Part shown: positions 40,218 through 49,834 of the stretch, piece by piece
How positions within the stretch are numbered: the first letter of the stretch is position 1
How the letters are laid out: each line of letters opens with the position of its first letter
NCBI GenBank assembly: GCA_965242965.1
Contig: OZ251518.1
Coordinates: 5,376,001-5,440,000, forward strand
Source of the DNA: Candidatus Poribacteria bacterium
GTDB taxonomy: Bacteria; Poribacteria; WGA-4E; WGA-3G
DNA: 64,000 nucleotides
Reading direction: 5' to 3'
The notes under the pieces: generated by a model
Database searches by the model: none
Told to the model about the DNA's origin: nothing
What the model saw: only the letters and a program-made list of their open reading frames with translations
Made by a program: the position numbers and the translations under genes

Positions 40218-41224
40218 CAGACTCCTTTTAATTCCAACGTCTCGCTGTGATGACACGCTACCTGCACACCGGGCGCGACTTCTCGGAGTTGCGGCGTTTC
40301 TTGTTTACACTGCTCGGTTGCGTAACGGCACCGTGGGTGGAAATGACACCCGGTCGGCGGTTGCCCCGGGTCTGGCACGTCACCCTCTAATCGGATTTGT
40401 TCGCGTTTGCGTTGCACGCTCGGGTCGGGGAGCGGCACGGCGGATATTAACGCTTCCGTGTAAGGATGCTTTGGCGCGCTATACAGTGCCGCCGCATCGC
40501 TTATCTCCACAATCCTGCCGAGATACATCACTGCCACTCTATCGCTGATATGCTCAACAACGCTCAAGTCGTGCGCGATAAAAATATAGGAGAGTTGGAA
40601 CTTCTCACGCAGTTCCGCCAACAGATTCAGAATTTGTGCCTGCACAGAGACATCAAGTGCCGAGACCGGCTCATCGGCGACAATCAGTTCGGGATTCAGT
40701 GCCAATGCGCGCGCAATCCCGATGCGCTGACGTTGTCCACCGCTGAAGGCGTGCGGGTACCGCCGCATATCCTGTGGTTTCAACCCGACAGATTCCAAGA
40801 GTTCGGCGATACGTTCTTGGATTTGCGATTTCGTCAACATTAACGTTTGTGTATTGACGCGCAGCGGCTCTCCGACGATGTCCCCTACTGTCATCCGCGG
40901 GTTGAGGGAAGCGTGCGGATCTTGGAAAATCATCTGGATGCGCCAGCGATAAGGTTGCATCTCGCGATGCGTCAGTGTCGCCAGATCTACCTGTTCCTTT
41001 CCAAAGGTAAAGCTGCCGCTCGTCGGTGGAATTAAGCGGAGGATGCACCGTCCCGCAGTTGTTTTGCCGCATCCGCTTTCACCGACGAGGCCAAGCGTTT
41101 CGCCGCGCTGCACGTCAAAACTAATACCGTCTACCGCTTTGACATGGCCGACGGTGCGTTGCAGGAGCCCTTTCTGGATTGGAAAATATTTTCGGAGGTC
41201 TCGCACCTCTAGCAGTTTTGTCAT
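40217..41224 (-). CDS. Peptide ABC ATP-binding protein (OppF/DppF-like)
   Basis: [40 protein letters not shown]. Confidence 0.95.
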   Translation of the reverse strand: MTKLLEVRDLRKYFPIQKGLLQRTVGHVKAVDGISFDVQRGETLGLVGESGCGKTTAGRCILRLIPPTSGSFTFGKEQVDLATLTHREMQPYRWRIQMIFQDPHASLNPRMTVGDIVGEPLRVNTQTLMLTKSQIQERIAELLESVGLKPQDMRRYPHAFSGGQRQRIGIARALALNPELIVADEPVSALDVSVQAQILNLLAELREKFQLSYIFIAHDLSVVEHISDRVAVMYLGRIVEISDAAALYSAPKHPYTEALISAVPLPDPSVQRKREQIRLEGDVPDPGQPPTGCHFHPRCRYATEQCKQETPQLREVAPGVQVACHHSETLELKGV

Positions 41225-41249
41225 GGTTTTTGTTAGTTTTGCCGGACAG

Positions 41250-41479
41250 GCGAGGGACAGGCCCTCGCCCTACGATACCCGCGTGGTGTTTGGCGAGGGA
41301 TAGTCCCTCGCCATGCGTTTTGCTGTCAGGGCGCATCACCTCTGTAGGTCAGGATCGCCAGATCCTGACCCGTTTGTGATCAGGCGATCACAAACTACAG
41401 CGGTGGGCCCGATGCCTGCCGGTATTCGCCCACCCTCCAAGGCGGGATAAATACCGAAACGGAGATATGAAACACCCTC
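41250..41479. repeat. REP-like cluster plus solo TIR end between the two ABC ATPase genes
   Basis: ggcgagggacaggccctcgccctac, doublet 41342-41400; 41440-41479 is the reverse complement of the left end at 19021. Confidence 0.75.
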
Positions 41480-41491
41480 AGTAATTTGGTT

Positions 41492-42511
41492 TTACGTTTT
41501 TTCATGCAGCCAGCATCGCGCTGCATGTTTATTTTCGACGATTTTGAGTTCCGGCATCTGTTCGCACGCCGACATCCGTTCCGCGCATCGTGGCGCGAAC
41601 GAACAGCCAGCAGGCAGTCCCAACGGATGCGGCACCGTCCCCGGAATGGAGGGCAACGTTTCTTGTGCTGTCCCACCGAGAACGGGAATGGATTTGAGTA
41701 GCCCGTGCGTGTAAGGATGCAACGGGTTATAGAAAATGTCGTCAACGCTTCCCTTTTCAACGACTCGCCCGGCATACATGACAACGACTTCATCGGCGAG
41801 GTCGGCGATAACCCCGAGGTCGTGCGTGATGAGCATAATCGCCATCCCCATTTCGTCTTGGAGTGCCTGCATCAGTGCCAGCACTTGTGCTTGGATGGTG
41901 ACATCAAGTGCTGTCGTCGGTTCATCGGCGATGAGGAGTGCAGGCGAGCAACAGAGTGCCATCGCAATCATGACGCGCTGCCGCATGCCGCCGGAGAGTT
42001 GATGCGGGTATTCATCAACGCGCTGCGCAGGCGCGGGGATGCCGACGCGGGCGAGCATCTCAATAGCACGTTCTCGCCCCGTTTTCTTGTCAACTCCCTC
42101 GTGCAGTATCACTGCCTCCGCAATCTGATTGCCGACGGTGTAGACAGGGTTGAGGGATGTCATCGGCTCTTGGAAAATGATGGCGATTTCGTTGCCGCGG
42201 ATCTGGCGCATCAACTCGCTTTTCGGTGAGACTTGCGCGATATCCAACGGTGTTTCGTCGCCATTACGGTAAAATAGCAGTTCACCTGCCTCAATGCGCC
42301 CTGGCGATGGCACGAGTTGGAGCAGCGATAGCCCGGTAATGCTTTTCCCGCAACCGCTTTCACCGACAACGCCGACGGTCTGCCCGCGCGCAATTTCAAA
42401 ACTGACATCGTTCACGGCGTTGACGATGCCGTCTTCTGTCGGAAAAACGGTTTTCAGACCGGAAATTTCCAATAGCGGGTGTTGATAAGATTTTTCGGTT
42501 GTTGATGCCAT
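41492..42511 (-). CDS. Peptide ABC ATP-binding protein (OppD/DppD-like)
   Basis: [39 protein letters not shown]. Confidence 0.95.
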   Translation of the reverse strand: MASTTEKSYQHPLLEISGLKTVFPTEDGIVNAVNDVSFEIARGQTVGVVGESGCGKSITGLSLLQLVPSPGRIEAGELLFYRNGDETPLDIAQVSPKSELMRQIRGNEIAIIFQEPMTSLNPVYTVGNQIAEAVILHEGVDKKTGRERAIEMLARVGIPAPAQRVDEYPHQLSGGMRQRVMIAMALCCSPALLIADEPTTALDVTIQAQVLALMQALQDEMGMAIMLITHDLGVIADLADEVVVMYAGRVVEKGSVDDIFYNPLHPYTHGLLKSIPVLGGTAQETLPSIPGTVPHPLGLPAGCSFAPRCAERMSACEQMPELKIVENKHAARCWLHEKT

Positions 42512-42561
42512 CCGCTCGCGGTGCTCCTCTCTCGCGCAAAAAGTTTTAAGTGATATTGCAT

Positions 42562-42590
42562 ATTTTACATAAAAAATGGTTTTATGTCAA
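42562..42590 (-). promoter_or_regulatory. Sigma70 promoter of the ABC/defence operon
   Basis: TTGACA-17bp-TAAAAT, about 50 nt upstream of oppD. Confidence 0.65.
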
Positions 42591-42597
42591 GTTTTTT

Positions 42598-42693
42598 TGA
42601 GCAGGATTGAGCAGGATTTACAGGATTAGCAAGATTGAGCAGGATTTACAAGATTGAGCAGGATTTACAGGATTCACACGATTTACCAGGATT
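42598..42693. repeat. Tandem 9-10 bp CAGGATT-core repeats
   Basis: gagcaggatt/tacaggatt/agcaagatt repeated about 10 times. Confidence 0.85.
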
Positions 42694-42740
42694 ATATTGC
42701 ATAGCAAGAGCGGTTTTCTTAAGGTCTGTAAGACCTGAAT

Positions 42741-43091
42741 GAGGATGTTTCATAAATCCGTGTCGGAGAGCCCTCCCGGTCTCGATGCAAGCGATGTCCC
42801 TTTCATCGTAGGGCGAGGGCCTGTCCCTCGCCATCGTTCATGCCCGTGCACCCCAACGCTCGCGGGGGCCTGTCCCCCGCGAGCTCCATCGTCACGATGT
42901 GTGTTTCCCCACTGTAGTTTGTGATCGCCTGATCACAAACAGGGCAGGATCAGGCGATCCTGAACTACAGAGCCTGGCGCGCGAACGCATAGCGAGGGAC
43001 AGGCCCTCGCCCTACGTGAAGGGGCGGCGTTTTTTTATCGTAGCGCGGGGGACAGGCCCCCGCGACGTTGAACGATTTAGGAAACACCCTC
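42741..43091. mobile_element. TIR-bounded non-autonomous composite element carrying REP-like repeats
   Basis: gaggatgtttcataaatc ... gatttaggaaacaccctc; interior GTAG hairpins and doublet 42912-42970. Confidence 0.55.
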
Positions 43092-43187
43092 AAATAAGTT
43101 TTCCGAAGTTGAGAGGGAGGGAGAGATGAATGCGTGTTCGGGCTCCGGAGGGTTGCGAGCCCGAACAACAGGGGGAGGAAATCGCGG

Positions 43188-43895
43188 CTATAGACTTGTC
43201 TTGATGTGGTTCCAAAATACCGTCAATTTCTGGTCTGCCGTCTGCACCTCACGTTGCAAGGTTTCAGAGGTATCGACGGCATGAGGCATCCACATTTTGA
43301 CGGCATCCAGCGTAAAGAATTGGTTCACGCGCTGAGTATTTTGGGGTGCCGCCCGAAAACGCTTTTCAGCGGGTTCGGATTTCTGTGCTGGCACCGCCAC
43401 GGGTGCGGCGCGTTCTTTCTCTGCCCCTTTTAGTAGTCCCCACGAAGCGCGCGACATCCGCACGTGTCGGAGGCGGCTCTCTTCCATGGCAGTCAAACCG
43501 AATTCTGGTTCCGGGGAACCGGTGAAGAAAGCGAGTTTGACGAGGAACGCGGAGGCGAGCACGTAGCAGAGCATTGCGATGACGTTGACGAGACGCGGCG
43601 ATAATTCTATCTTCATCCGCTCAAAGCACCACGACATCGGGTTGGCGAAGAACGCGATTTGTCGCCGTTTATGGAGGTGTCGAACTCCCTGCTGAATCTG
43701 GGCTAACAATCCCGCCGGTGGCATCGGTGCCTCTGCATTCTCTAGCACCGTTGCAGTGTGCCACAACGCCTCATACTCCACCTGACAGGCGGTGCATGTG
43801 CGGAGGTGCCGCAGCGCGGCGTTCTGCAATTCACCGGAGTGCGTATTCGCCTCACGGTGTAAAACGAGCTGTTTACGAGTTTGTTCACAATTCAT
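43188..43895 (-). CDS. Zinc-finger (zf-HC2) membrane anti-sigma factor
   Basis: MNC..HLRTCTAC (HxxxCxxC), one TM helix, downstream of ECF sigma. Confidence 0.8.
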   Translation of the reverse strand: MNCEQTRKQLVLHREANTHSGELQNAALRHLRTCTACQVEYEALWHTATVLENAEAPMPPAGLLAQIQQGVRHLHKRRQIAFFANPMSWCFERMKIELSPRLVNVIAMLCYVLASAFLVKLAFFTGSPEPEFGLTAMEESRLRHVRMSRASWGLLKGAEKERAAPVAVPAQKSEPAEKRFRAAPQNTQRVNQFFTLDAVKMWMPHAVDTSETLQREVQTADQKLTVFWNHIKTSL

Positions 43896-44009
43896 GTTTT
43901 TGTCTCTGCGCCAAGCATTGGATTCGGTTTGCTTGGCGGGTTACCTTTCGGCTGCGCGAGGCACGCCGAAATCCGGTTGAAAGTATCCTGCACACCCCAG
44001 TCAGGCTGA

Positions 44010-44576
44010 CTATTCCGGGGAGAGGTAATACTTGCTCAACTTCTTCTTGAGGTTTTTCAATGCCTGATTCAACCGGGACGCGACTGTCCCTTCGGAACAG
44101 CCCAAGACCTCGGCGATCTCGCGGTATTTCAGGTGTTGCATGTAGAACAGCGTGACTACCTCGCGCTGCTTCGGCGGAAGTTTACTGATGGCATCCTGAA
44201 CGAGCTGCTTCTGCTCCGCCTTAATCGCGAGCCGCTCCGGCGAGTATTTATCCGAAGCAACGCCGCGCGCCGCCACCTCATCGGTATAGGCATTTAGCGT
44301 CCGGTCGCGCGATTGCGCCTTGCGGAGATACTGCTGGCAGGTATTAATGCCGATGCGATAGAGCCACGTGCCGAACTGCGACTGAAACTTAAACGATTTA
44401 ATCGACTTGTAAGCCTCATAGAACGTTTCCTGTGTCGCATCAGCGGCATCGTCCGGATCGCCGAGCATCCGGTAAGCCAGCCCGTATATCTTCGCATGGT
44501 GGCGGCTGACGAGTTCGTTAAACGCCTCCGCATCGCCTTCTACGGTTTTGTGGACATAGACATCATCGGGTATCAT
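44010..44576 (-). CDS. ECF RNA polymerase sigma factor
   Basis: AFNELV, DATQETF, FGTWLYRIGIN, LPPKQREV..Y.EIAEVLGCSEGTVASRL. Confidence 0.93.
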   Translation of the reverse strand: MIPDDVYVHKTVEGDAEAFNELVSRHHAKIYGLAYRMLGDPDDAADATQETFYEAYKSIKSFKFQSQFGTWLYRIGINTCQQYLRKAQSRDRTLNAYTDEVAARGVASDKYSPERLAIKAEQKQLVQDAISKLPPKQREVVTLFYMQHLKYREIAEVLGCSEGTVASRLNQALKNLKKKLSKYYLSPE

Positions 44577-44754
44577 AAATCGTGGTCACCTTTTTCAGAT
44601 GTTAATAGGTTAGTTATATCAAGGTCAGGTTTTCTTCAATTTTTTTAATTTAGGCAGAAACGTAGAACCAGAGGATTTGAGACCAGGAGGTTTCTCCAAT
44701 CCAGAAGAATCGAGACCAGGAGGTCTCTCCTACTGGGAGAGTAGCGCGCAGTGC

Positions 44755-45300
44755 CTAGACACAATTCTCGCACGTTAACGCGAACCGCTTGGTATTACCG
44801 ACTTCAAACTCTGTCTCGTAATCGTGAGTGACTGGCACGTTTGTCGCGCTGCACCAATCACATTTGCCGGCAAAATAGTCCGCCTTCATGCCGATGAGCG
44901 CGCTTTTCTGCTCCTCTGTTTTCTGCTTCTCGGCGATGAGGTTGAGCGCGTTTTGACGGAGCCTCGGGTCGGTTTCCTCCTTCGCGATTTTCTCGAGGAG
45001 AGGTTCTAGCCTCGGGTCGTCGGGGTTTCCGCCATCTTCAAGGGTATGCCATGCGGCGCGACGGACGCGCAAGTCCGGGTCTACGAGGCCTCTGAAGAGT
45101 GCCACCCAGACTTTGTCAATGCGTTTCCGGACGTGGCAGGAACAGAGGTTATCCATCGCGATGACACGTTCGTTCGGATCTTCGGAATAGGCGAGTGCGA
45201 GGTAGTATTCGACTTCGTTGCCGCGCAGCCGGTCTTCGCGTCGCCGGTGCGATTTCTTCTGGTAATGGTTCATGCCGAATAATTTCTTTCGTTTTGCCAT
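44755..45300 (-). CDS. HEAT-repeat protein with C-terminal CxxC..CxxC zinc ribbon
   Basis: DPNERVIA, LVDPDLRVRRAA, ETDPRLRQNA; CSCH; CDWC..CENC. Confidence 0.6.
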   Translation of the reverse strand: MAKRKKLFGMNHYQKKSHRRREDRLRGNEVEYYLALAYSEDPNERVIAMDNLCSCHVRKRIDKVWVALFRGLVDPDLRVRRAAWHTLEDGGNPDDPRLEPLLEKIAKEETDPRLRQNALNLIAEKQKTEEQKSALIGMKADYFAGKCDWCSATNVPVTHDYETEFEVGNTKRFALTCENCV

Positions 45301-45405
45301 GGGGTTTTCCTTTTTTGGTCGAGACCGGGAGGTTTCTCCAATCCAGAAGAATCGAGACTAGGAGGTCTCTCCTACGGGGGATGCATCGGGAGCAGGAGGT
45401 TTCGC

Positions 45406-48400
45406 CTATTTACTAAACTTCAACTCATCCGCAACCTTGCGGAGTGTATCGTTTATCCGCTCCAACACTTCTGGTGATGGTTGTTCTCCTCTGGCGGTAA
45501 TTTGGATGTAGAATTCAAAGTCAATCTCCGGCGCGATTTCGGCTAGTTCACCGATTGTTTCAGCCAAATCCTGAATATCAGTTTCGGTGAGGGGTGATGC
45601 CGCCTGCATTCCCCATGGCTCATCCAACAAGCCAGGGGGTTCCGGCAGAGGTGGCTGCACAACCGAAGTTTGTGGAACTTGCAGACCTACTTGATCTGCA
45701 GCATTAGCATCGTGAGACCACGTGGAAACTCCACTAGTAATCTCAAAGAGATTGTCACTCAACGCCTCATTGATAGCATAAACAACCAATGTCCACGGAA
45801 TTGGTGAACCTTTGCGCTGTGCCAATGCCTGCATCACTTTGCCGATAGACGAGGTGTCTCCCTCCCACGCACCTGGCAAAGCCTCTCGGCTGAGTTCCGA
45901 ACCGCGAATAGGTTGAAGAGGTTTGACTAATTCCAATTCGTCGGTAAGTTCTGCGACCGGAATAGCCTCCCGCAAATATGCCTTATCGCCGCTGCGCGCC
46001 ATGAGGAATCCTGAACTGACTGTCTCCTTGACTGCCTCCAAAAGCACAGTATCAGAAGCGAGTTTCGGGACATCGTCTCTGCTGAAAAATTCGCGAATTG
46101 CACGCACTGTTATCGGGACATTTTCGTTCTGCCATAAGTCGGGCAATTGACCCGGGGGCAGCAGTTCCGGGCTAAGTTCGTAGAGTTCGGCATGCTCAAT
46201 CGGCACGATTTCTAACCCTTTTGTCCGGAAATCTTCGTCTGTGGGTGCTTCACGCCAATAGGTGCGATGCGTTCCATCCGGCCGGGGTGCGCGCAGGACA
46301 ATCCGGCCCTCCGCAACACTGCGCCGTAGCGAGTCAATAAACACCTGTCTGTTCAGCATCCGCGGCATCCGCGGCAGACTGGCAAACATGCCATAGAGTC
46401 CTTGAACCGGTTTTGCGGTTTCATCGGCTCCCCACAAGTCATAATAACTCTCGCGGGTGAGCAAATCCGGATCAAGTAGTGTTGTCAGGAGTCTGTCTTC
46501 GTCTTCCAAAAATGCCTTCACGCGTTCAAAAGGTACGGCTGTCCCGCGGGGCAGTGAACGCGCCGCAAGTTTGCCATCCTCGTCAACTGCAATGAGCACG
46601 CTATAAATCGATGTGACAGAGTCTCTGATGCCGGTTCCATCCTCTCGCTTGCGCTGTCGGAGGAGTGTTTTCTGCGCATCACTCAAATGCTCTATCTCGT
46701 CCCCGTTTTCAATATTCTCCCATCCGAGGATTTTACGAATGCGCTGACGCAATCCTGCTAACTGCGAGCGTTCCGGCGCGAGCACGATAACGCTGTTCCG
46801 ATAAGTTCTCTCAAAGAACACTTTGAGAGACGAAGGGATGTCTGTCCCCGGAACCGCCGCGTATTCGGGGGCGACGATGACAAAGTGGAGTTCGGGGGTA
46901 TCAGAGACATCGGCGGGTGAATTGGGAAATACGTGAACCGCCACCTTATCCCTATTCTGGCCAAGTTTCACGTCTTTTATCCGCTTCACCAAATTGTCGG
47001 TAATCTGCTCTTCCGTCACTCTTGCCATCGCGCGGGCATGCATGTTCGTAAGATTTGCTACCGTGCCGAGTGCCCAGGTATCTTCCTCTTCTTTCAGGAA
47101 CCATGAGCGTTTTCGCCACTCCGAGAGCCCTTGCTCTACTGACATCGAGTCGAGCTCGGCGTGTGCCAGCAACAGATAGAGTTCTGCCGTCTCGGCTTTC
47201 TTCCCTTGCGGTTGGGAATGCAAGAAGGTAGCTAGCACCGCCGCCTCAATTTCTCGGTTTTTGAGTTGCGGCAGTTTTTCTTGGACGGCCCGGGCGCGCT
47301 CAAGTTCCCCGGTGAGAATCGGTGTCCACCGATTGCTCTCTTCACACGCTTCAATGAGTTCTTGCACGGCTTTTGACAATTCGCCAGCGGTGCCGAGCAA
47401 CACACCCGGCCCGACAAAAGCGGATGCATCTCTCCCATCAGTCTCTCGCAAGGCGGTTGCAAACGTGCGAAGCATCCCACGCGTCCTTTGGAAGCGACTG
47501 AGTTGCGTCCATTTTTGATAGAAAACCTCAATGAAATCCGGGTGAAACGGGTAAGATTTTAAGAGACGTTGGAAGGCATCAGGAGTTGTCAGTGAATCGC
47601 GTATCGGTAATCTCCGCATTGCACCGACGAGTCTCCCGATGATGGCGCGATGTATCTTGTCATCCCCGACATATTCAAACAACCGCCGACGCAGCAATTC
47701 TGAAATATCGTCATGCGAGAGGGGTTCGACCGTTTCTTCCACGCGCCGAAAGACATGCTCCATCGCGGTTAAGACTTGCACCCCGGTCGGATCATTTGCG
47801 GCACTATCTGAGCTGATGAGGCTTGCAACGAGGGCGGCACGTTCAACCTTGTCAACCGCCTGTGTCAACATTTGGAAGAAATCCTGCAGGGTTCCCAATC
47901 GGCTTGCATCCATGTTGACTGCACTGCGCAGATAGAGTAGTGCCTCGTCAATCAAGATGAGTGTGGCAAGTCCATCCGATTGCGGCATGTTGAGGAGCTC
48001 AACCAGAATGGGTTCAGCTGGCGGGGTCCAACCCGCTTCATGCTCGGAAACCTTTTTCAGGCCTTCATCACCGGCGAGTTGATACGCCAGCGCACCCCAC
48101 GGCGTTTGCACCTGTCTCTCCTCACCTGCCGGGCTCTGCACCGAAAGTCCCAGTTTCACGTCAAATTTGTCAAAAGGTAACAGGGCGACTCGTGCCTTGG
48201 GGAGGCGGTTTAAGCCGCTGAAGCCGATGAATTCCTGCACGGTTGGATACTTTTCCAGCGTTTCTCCACCCTCTGCTAGATGCAACAAGGCGATGAGCGC
48301 GTGCGTCTTGCCGCCCCCGTAAGCGACTTGGACGCGGATAACCGGCTTACCGTCGGGGCTGCCAGACAACCGCAGCAACACGTCTCGCACCAATGTCTTG

Positions 48401-48567
48401 AGATTCTGTGCAGGATAGGTTCGCTCGAAAAACGCTTCGGGGAAGCGATAGACAGGCGGCGCGGTGCCTGTCCGCACACCGTAGAGATCCGCGGCGAAGT
48501 CTGCAAGCGTCAGCGTGCCTTCCCGCACGTCATCTCTTAAAGTGCAGTTTTCATGCCATGCGCTCAT
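45406..48567 (-). CDS. DUF499 AAA+ ATPase of a restriction-like defence system
   Basis: W..LRDDV..FAADL, YGGGKTH Walker A, LILIDE, LLRRRLF, SYPFHP, FQRTRGMLR. Confidence 0.88.
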   Translation of the reverse strand: MSAWHENCTLRDDVREGTLTLADFAADLYGVRTGTAPPVYRFPEAFFERTYPAQNLKTLVRDVLLRLSGSPDGKPVIRVQVAYGGGKTHALIALLHLAEGGETLEKYPTVQEFIGFSGLNRLPKARVALLPFDKFDVKLGLSVQSPAGEERQVQTPWGALAYQLAGDEGLKKVSEHEAGWTPPAEPILVELLNMPQSDGLATLILIDEALLYLRSAVNMDASRLGTLQDFFQMLTQAVDKVERAALVASLISSDSAANDPTGVQVLTAMEHVFRRVEETVEPLSHDDISELLRRRLFEYVGDDKIHRAIIGRLVGAMRRLPIRDSLTTPDAFQRLLKSYPFHPDFIEVFYQKWTQLSRFQRTRGMLRTFATALRETDGRDASAFVGPGVLLGTAGELSKAVQELIEACEESNRWTPILTGELERARAVQEKLPQLKNREIEAAVLATFLHSQPQGKKAETAELYLLLAHAELDSMSVEQGLSEWRKRSWFLKEEEDTWALGTVANLTNMHARAMARVTEEQITDNLVKRIKDVKLGQNRDKVAVHVFPNSPADVSDTPELHFVIVAPEYAAVPGTDIPSSLKVFFERTYRNSVIVLAPERSQLAGLRQRIRKILGWENIENGDEIEHLSDAQKTLLRQRKREDGTGIRDSVTSIYSVLIAVDEDGKLAARSLPRGTAVPFERVKAFLEDEDRLLTTLLDPDLLTRESYYDLWGADETAKPVQGLYGMFASLPRMPRMLNRQVFIDSLRRSVAEGRIVLRAPRPDGTHRTYWREAPTDEDFRTKGLEIVPIEHAELYELSPELLPPGQLPDLWQNENVPITVRAIREFFSRDDVPKLASDTVLLEAVKETVSSGFLMARSGDKAYLREAIPVAELTDELELVKPLQPIRGSELSREALPGAWEGDTSSIGKVMQALAQRKGSPIPWTLVVYAINEALSDNLFEITSGVSTWSHDANAADQVGLQVPQTSVVQPPLPEPPGLLDEPWGMQAASPLTETDIQDLAETIGELAEIAPEIDFEFYIQITARGEQPSPEVLERINDTLRKVADELKFSK

Positions 48568-48585
48568 CTGGTTACTTCTCCTCTG

Positions 48586-48897
48586 TTATGTCTTAATGAC
48601 GGGTTGGACCAAGGGGATCATGTCCCGGAAGACAGAATCTCGGATTTCCTCGCGGAGTGCAGGACGCGATACCACATCCACTTTGCATCCAAACTTGTCC
48701 TCCAAGAAGTGTTTCAAACCGATAGCATCAAGCAGATCGGCACTGTCATCGAAATCTACCAACAGATCAAAATCGCTGTCCTTGTGGAAATCCCCACGGG
48801 CATACGAACCGAAGATGCCCTTCACCTCGGCTTTGTAGCGTTGCCGAATCCGGTCTTTCTCAGATGCGAGTGCTTTCTGAATGTCCGTAATTCTCAT
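48586..48897 (-). CDS. Minimal nucleotidyltransferase (MntA-like), no adjacent HEPN
   Basis: GIFGSYARGD..SDFDLLV (GSx10DxD), LED.FGCKVDVV; ATGA overlap with upstream gene. Confidence 0.88.
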   Translation of the reverse strand: MRITDIQKALASEKDRIRQRYKAEVKGIFGSYARGDFHKDSDFDLLVDFDDSADLLDAIGLKHFLEDKFGCKVDVVSRPALREEIRDSVFRDMIPLVQPVIKT

Positions 48898-49178
48898 GGC
48901 GAACCTCTGTCTAGGAACTGCGCGGAACGTTTTCGGCACCGAGGAGGCACAATGACGACACCTATTAATACTAGCAGAGCCAACAACAGCACGGCAAAGT
49001 TCCGATCTAACTTTTTCTCAATTCCATCAAATCTGTCGGTGACTTTCGCGATTTCTTGGCCAACACTGTCCTTGACGATTGCGCGGATTTTCTCGATATC
49101 CTCAACGCTCAGCTCTCCAAACGCCGACGCGTTAAAGAGCAGCAAACCGAGGAGGAAACATAGGAAGCCAAATTTCAT
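48894..49178 (-). CDS. Small exported/membrane coiled-coil protein
   Basis: GAGGAG RBS; signal peptide, ELSVEDIEKIRAIVK, C-terminal TM. Confidence 0.6.
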   Translation of the reverse strand: MKFGFLCFLLGLLLFNASAFGELSVEDIEKIRAIVKDSVGQEIAKVTDRFDGIEKKLDRNFAVLLLALLVLIGVVIVPPRCRKRSAQFLDRGSP

Positions 49179-49189
49179 CTATTCTCCTC

Positions 49190-49628
49190 ACCGTAGCGCG
49201 GGGCCCCTCGGATGCCATCCGCGCGTCCGAGCGGGTTTCCCCCGCGAATGTCCGTTAGCCCGCAGCATGGCGAGGGACAGGCCCTCGCCCTACGCGGAAG
49301 GGAGGGGCCGTTTTTTCGACGAAGAAACCCTCCCGTTACCGTAGCGCGGGGGCCTGTCCCCCGCGTTGTCCATCGTCAAGCGGTGGCGTTTTAGGTCCTT
49401 TAGGTCCTTAATGTCTATAGAAAAACGTGTCAACCCGTTTTCAAGGTCCTTTAGGTCCTTAATAAAAAACGCGATGCACGTCAAAACCTATTAAGGACCT
49501 AAAGGACCTTAGGGTTCTTCGCGGGTGCGCGTGCTATAGACATTAAGGTCCTACGGACCTAAGAGACGTTTTTTCATCGTAGCGCGGGGGCCTGTCCCCC
49601 GCGACGTTGAGATTTATGAAACACTCTC
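49190..49628. repeat. REP-like cluster with ~172-bp nested palindrome and solo TIR end
   Basis: GTAG hairpins; nested palindrome 49391-49562; gatttatgaaacactctc at 49611-49628. Confidence 0.85.
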
Positions 49629-49633
49629 ATGTT

Positions 49634-49662
49634 ATTATACCAAAATTCCACAAAAATGTCAA
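49634..49662 (-). promoter_or_regulatory. Consensus sigma70 promoter
   Basis: TTGACA-17bp-TATAAT with TG extension. Confidence 0.75.
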
Positions 49663-49670
49663 AATTAAAA

Positions 49671-49805
49671 CAGGATTTTCAAGATTTTCCAAGATTTTCC
49701 AAGATGACGTTTGACGTGGCCTGCCACGCCTGTGTTGATGCCTCAGAGACCTAATCCTGTTAATCCTGTTAATCCTGTTAATCCTGCTCATATCCTTGCT
49801 CATAT
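49671..49805. repeat. Inverted pair of CAGGATT/AATCCTG tandem repeats
   Basis: caggattttcaagattttccaagatt.. and (aatcctgtt)x3 aatcctgctc. Confidence 0.75.
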
Positions 49806-49834
49806 CATCAAGACTGGGAGGGCGCGCCTACCCA

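Noticed and set aside
34185-40250. Long antisense ORFs over the MNT-HEPN and MTase genes, and others opposite the adhesin and ABC genes
   Set aside because: Shadow frames of strongly supported genes, with no motifs or RBS.
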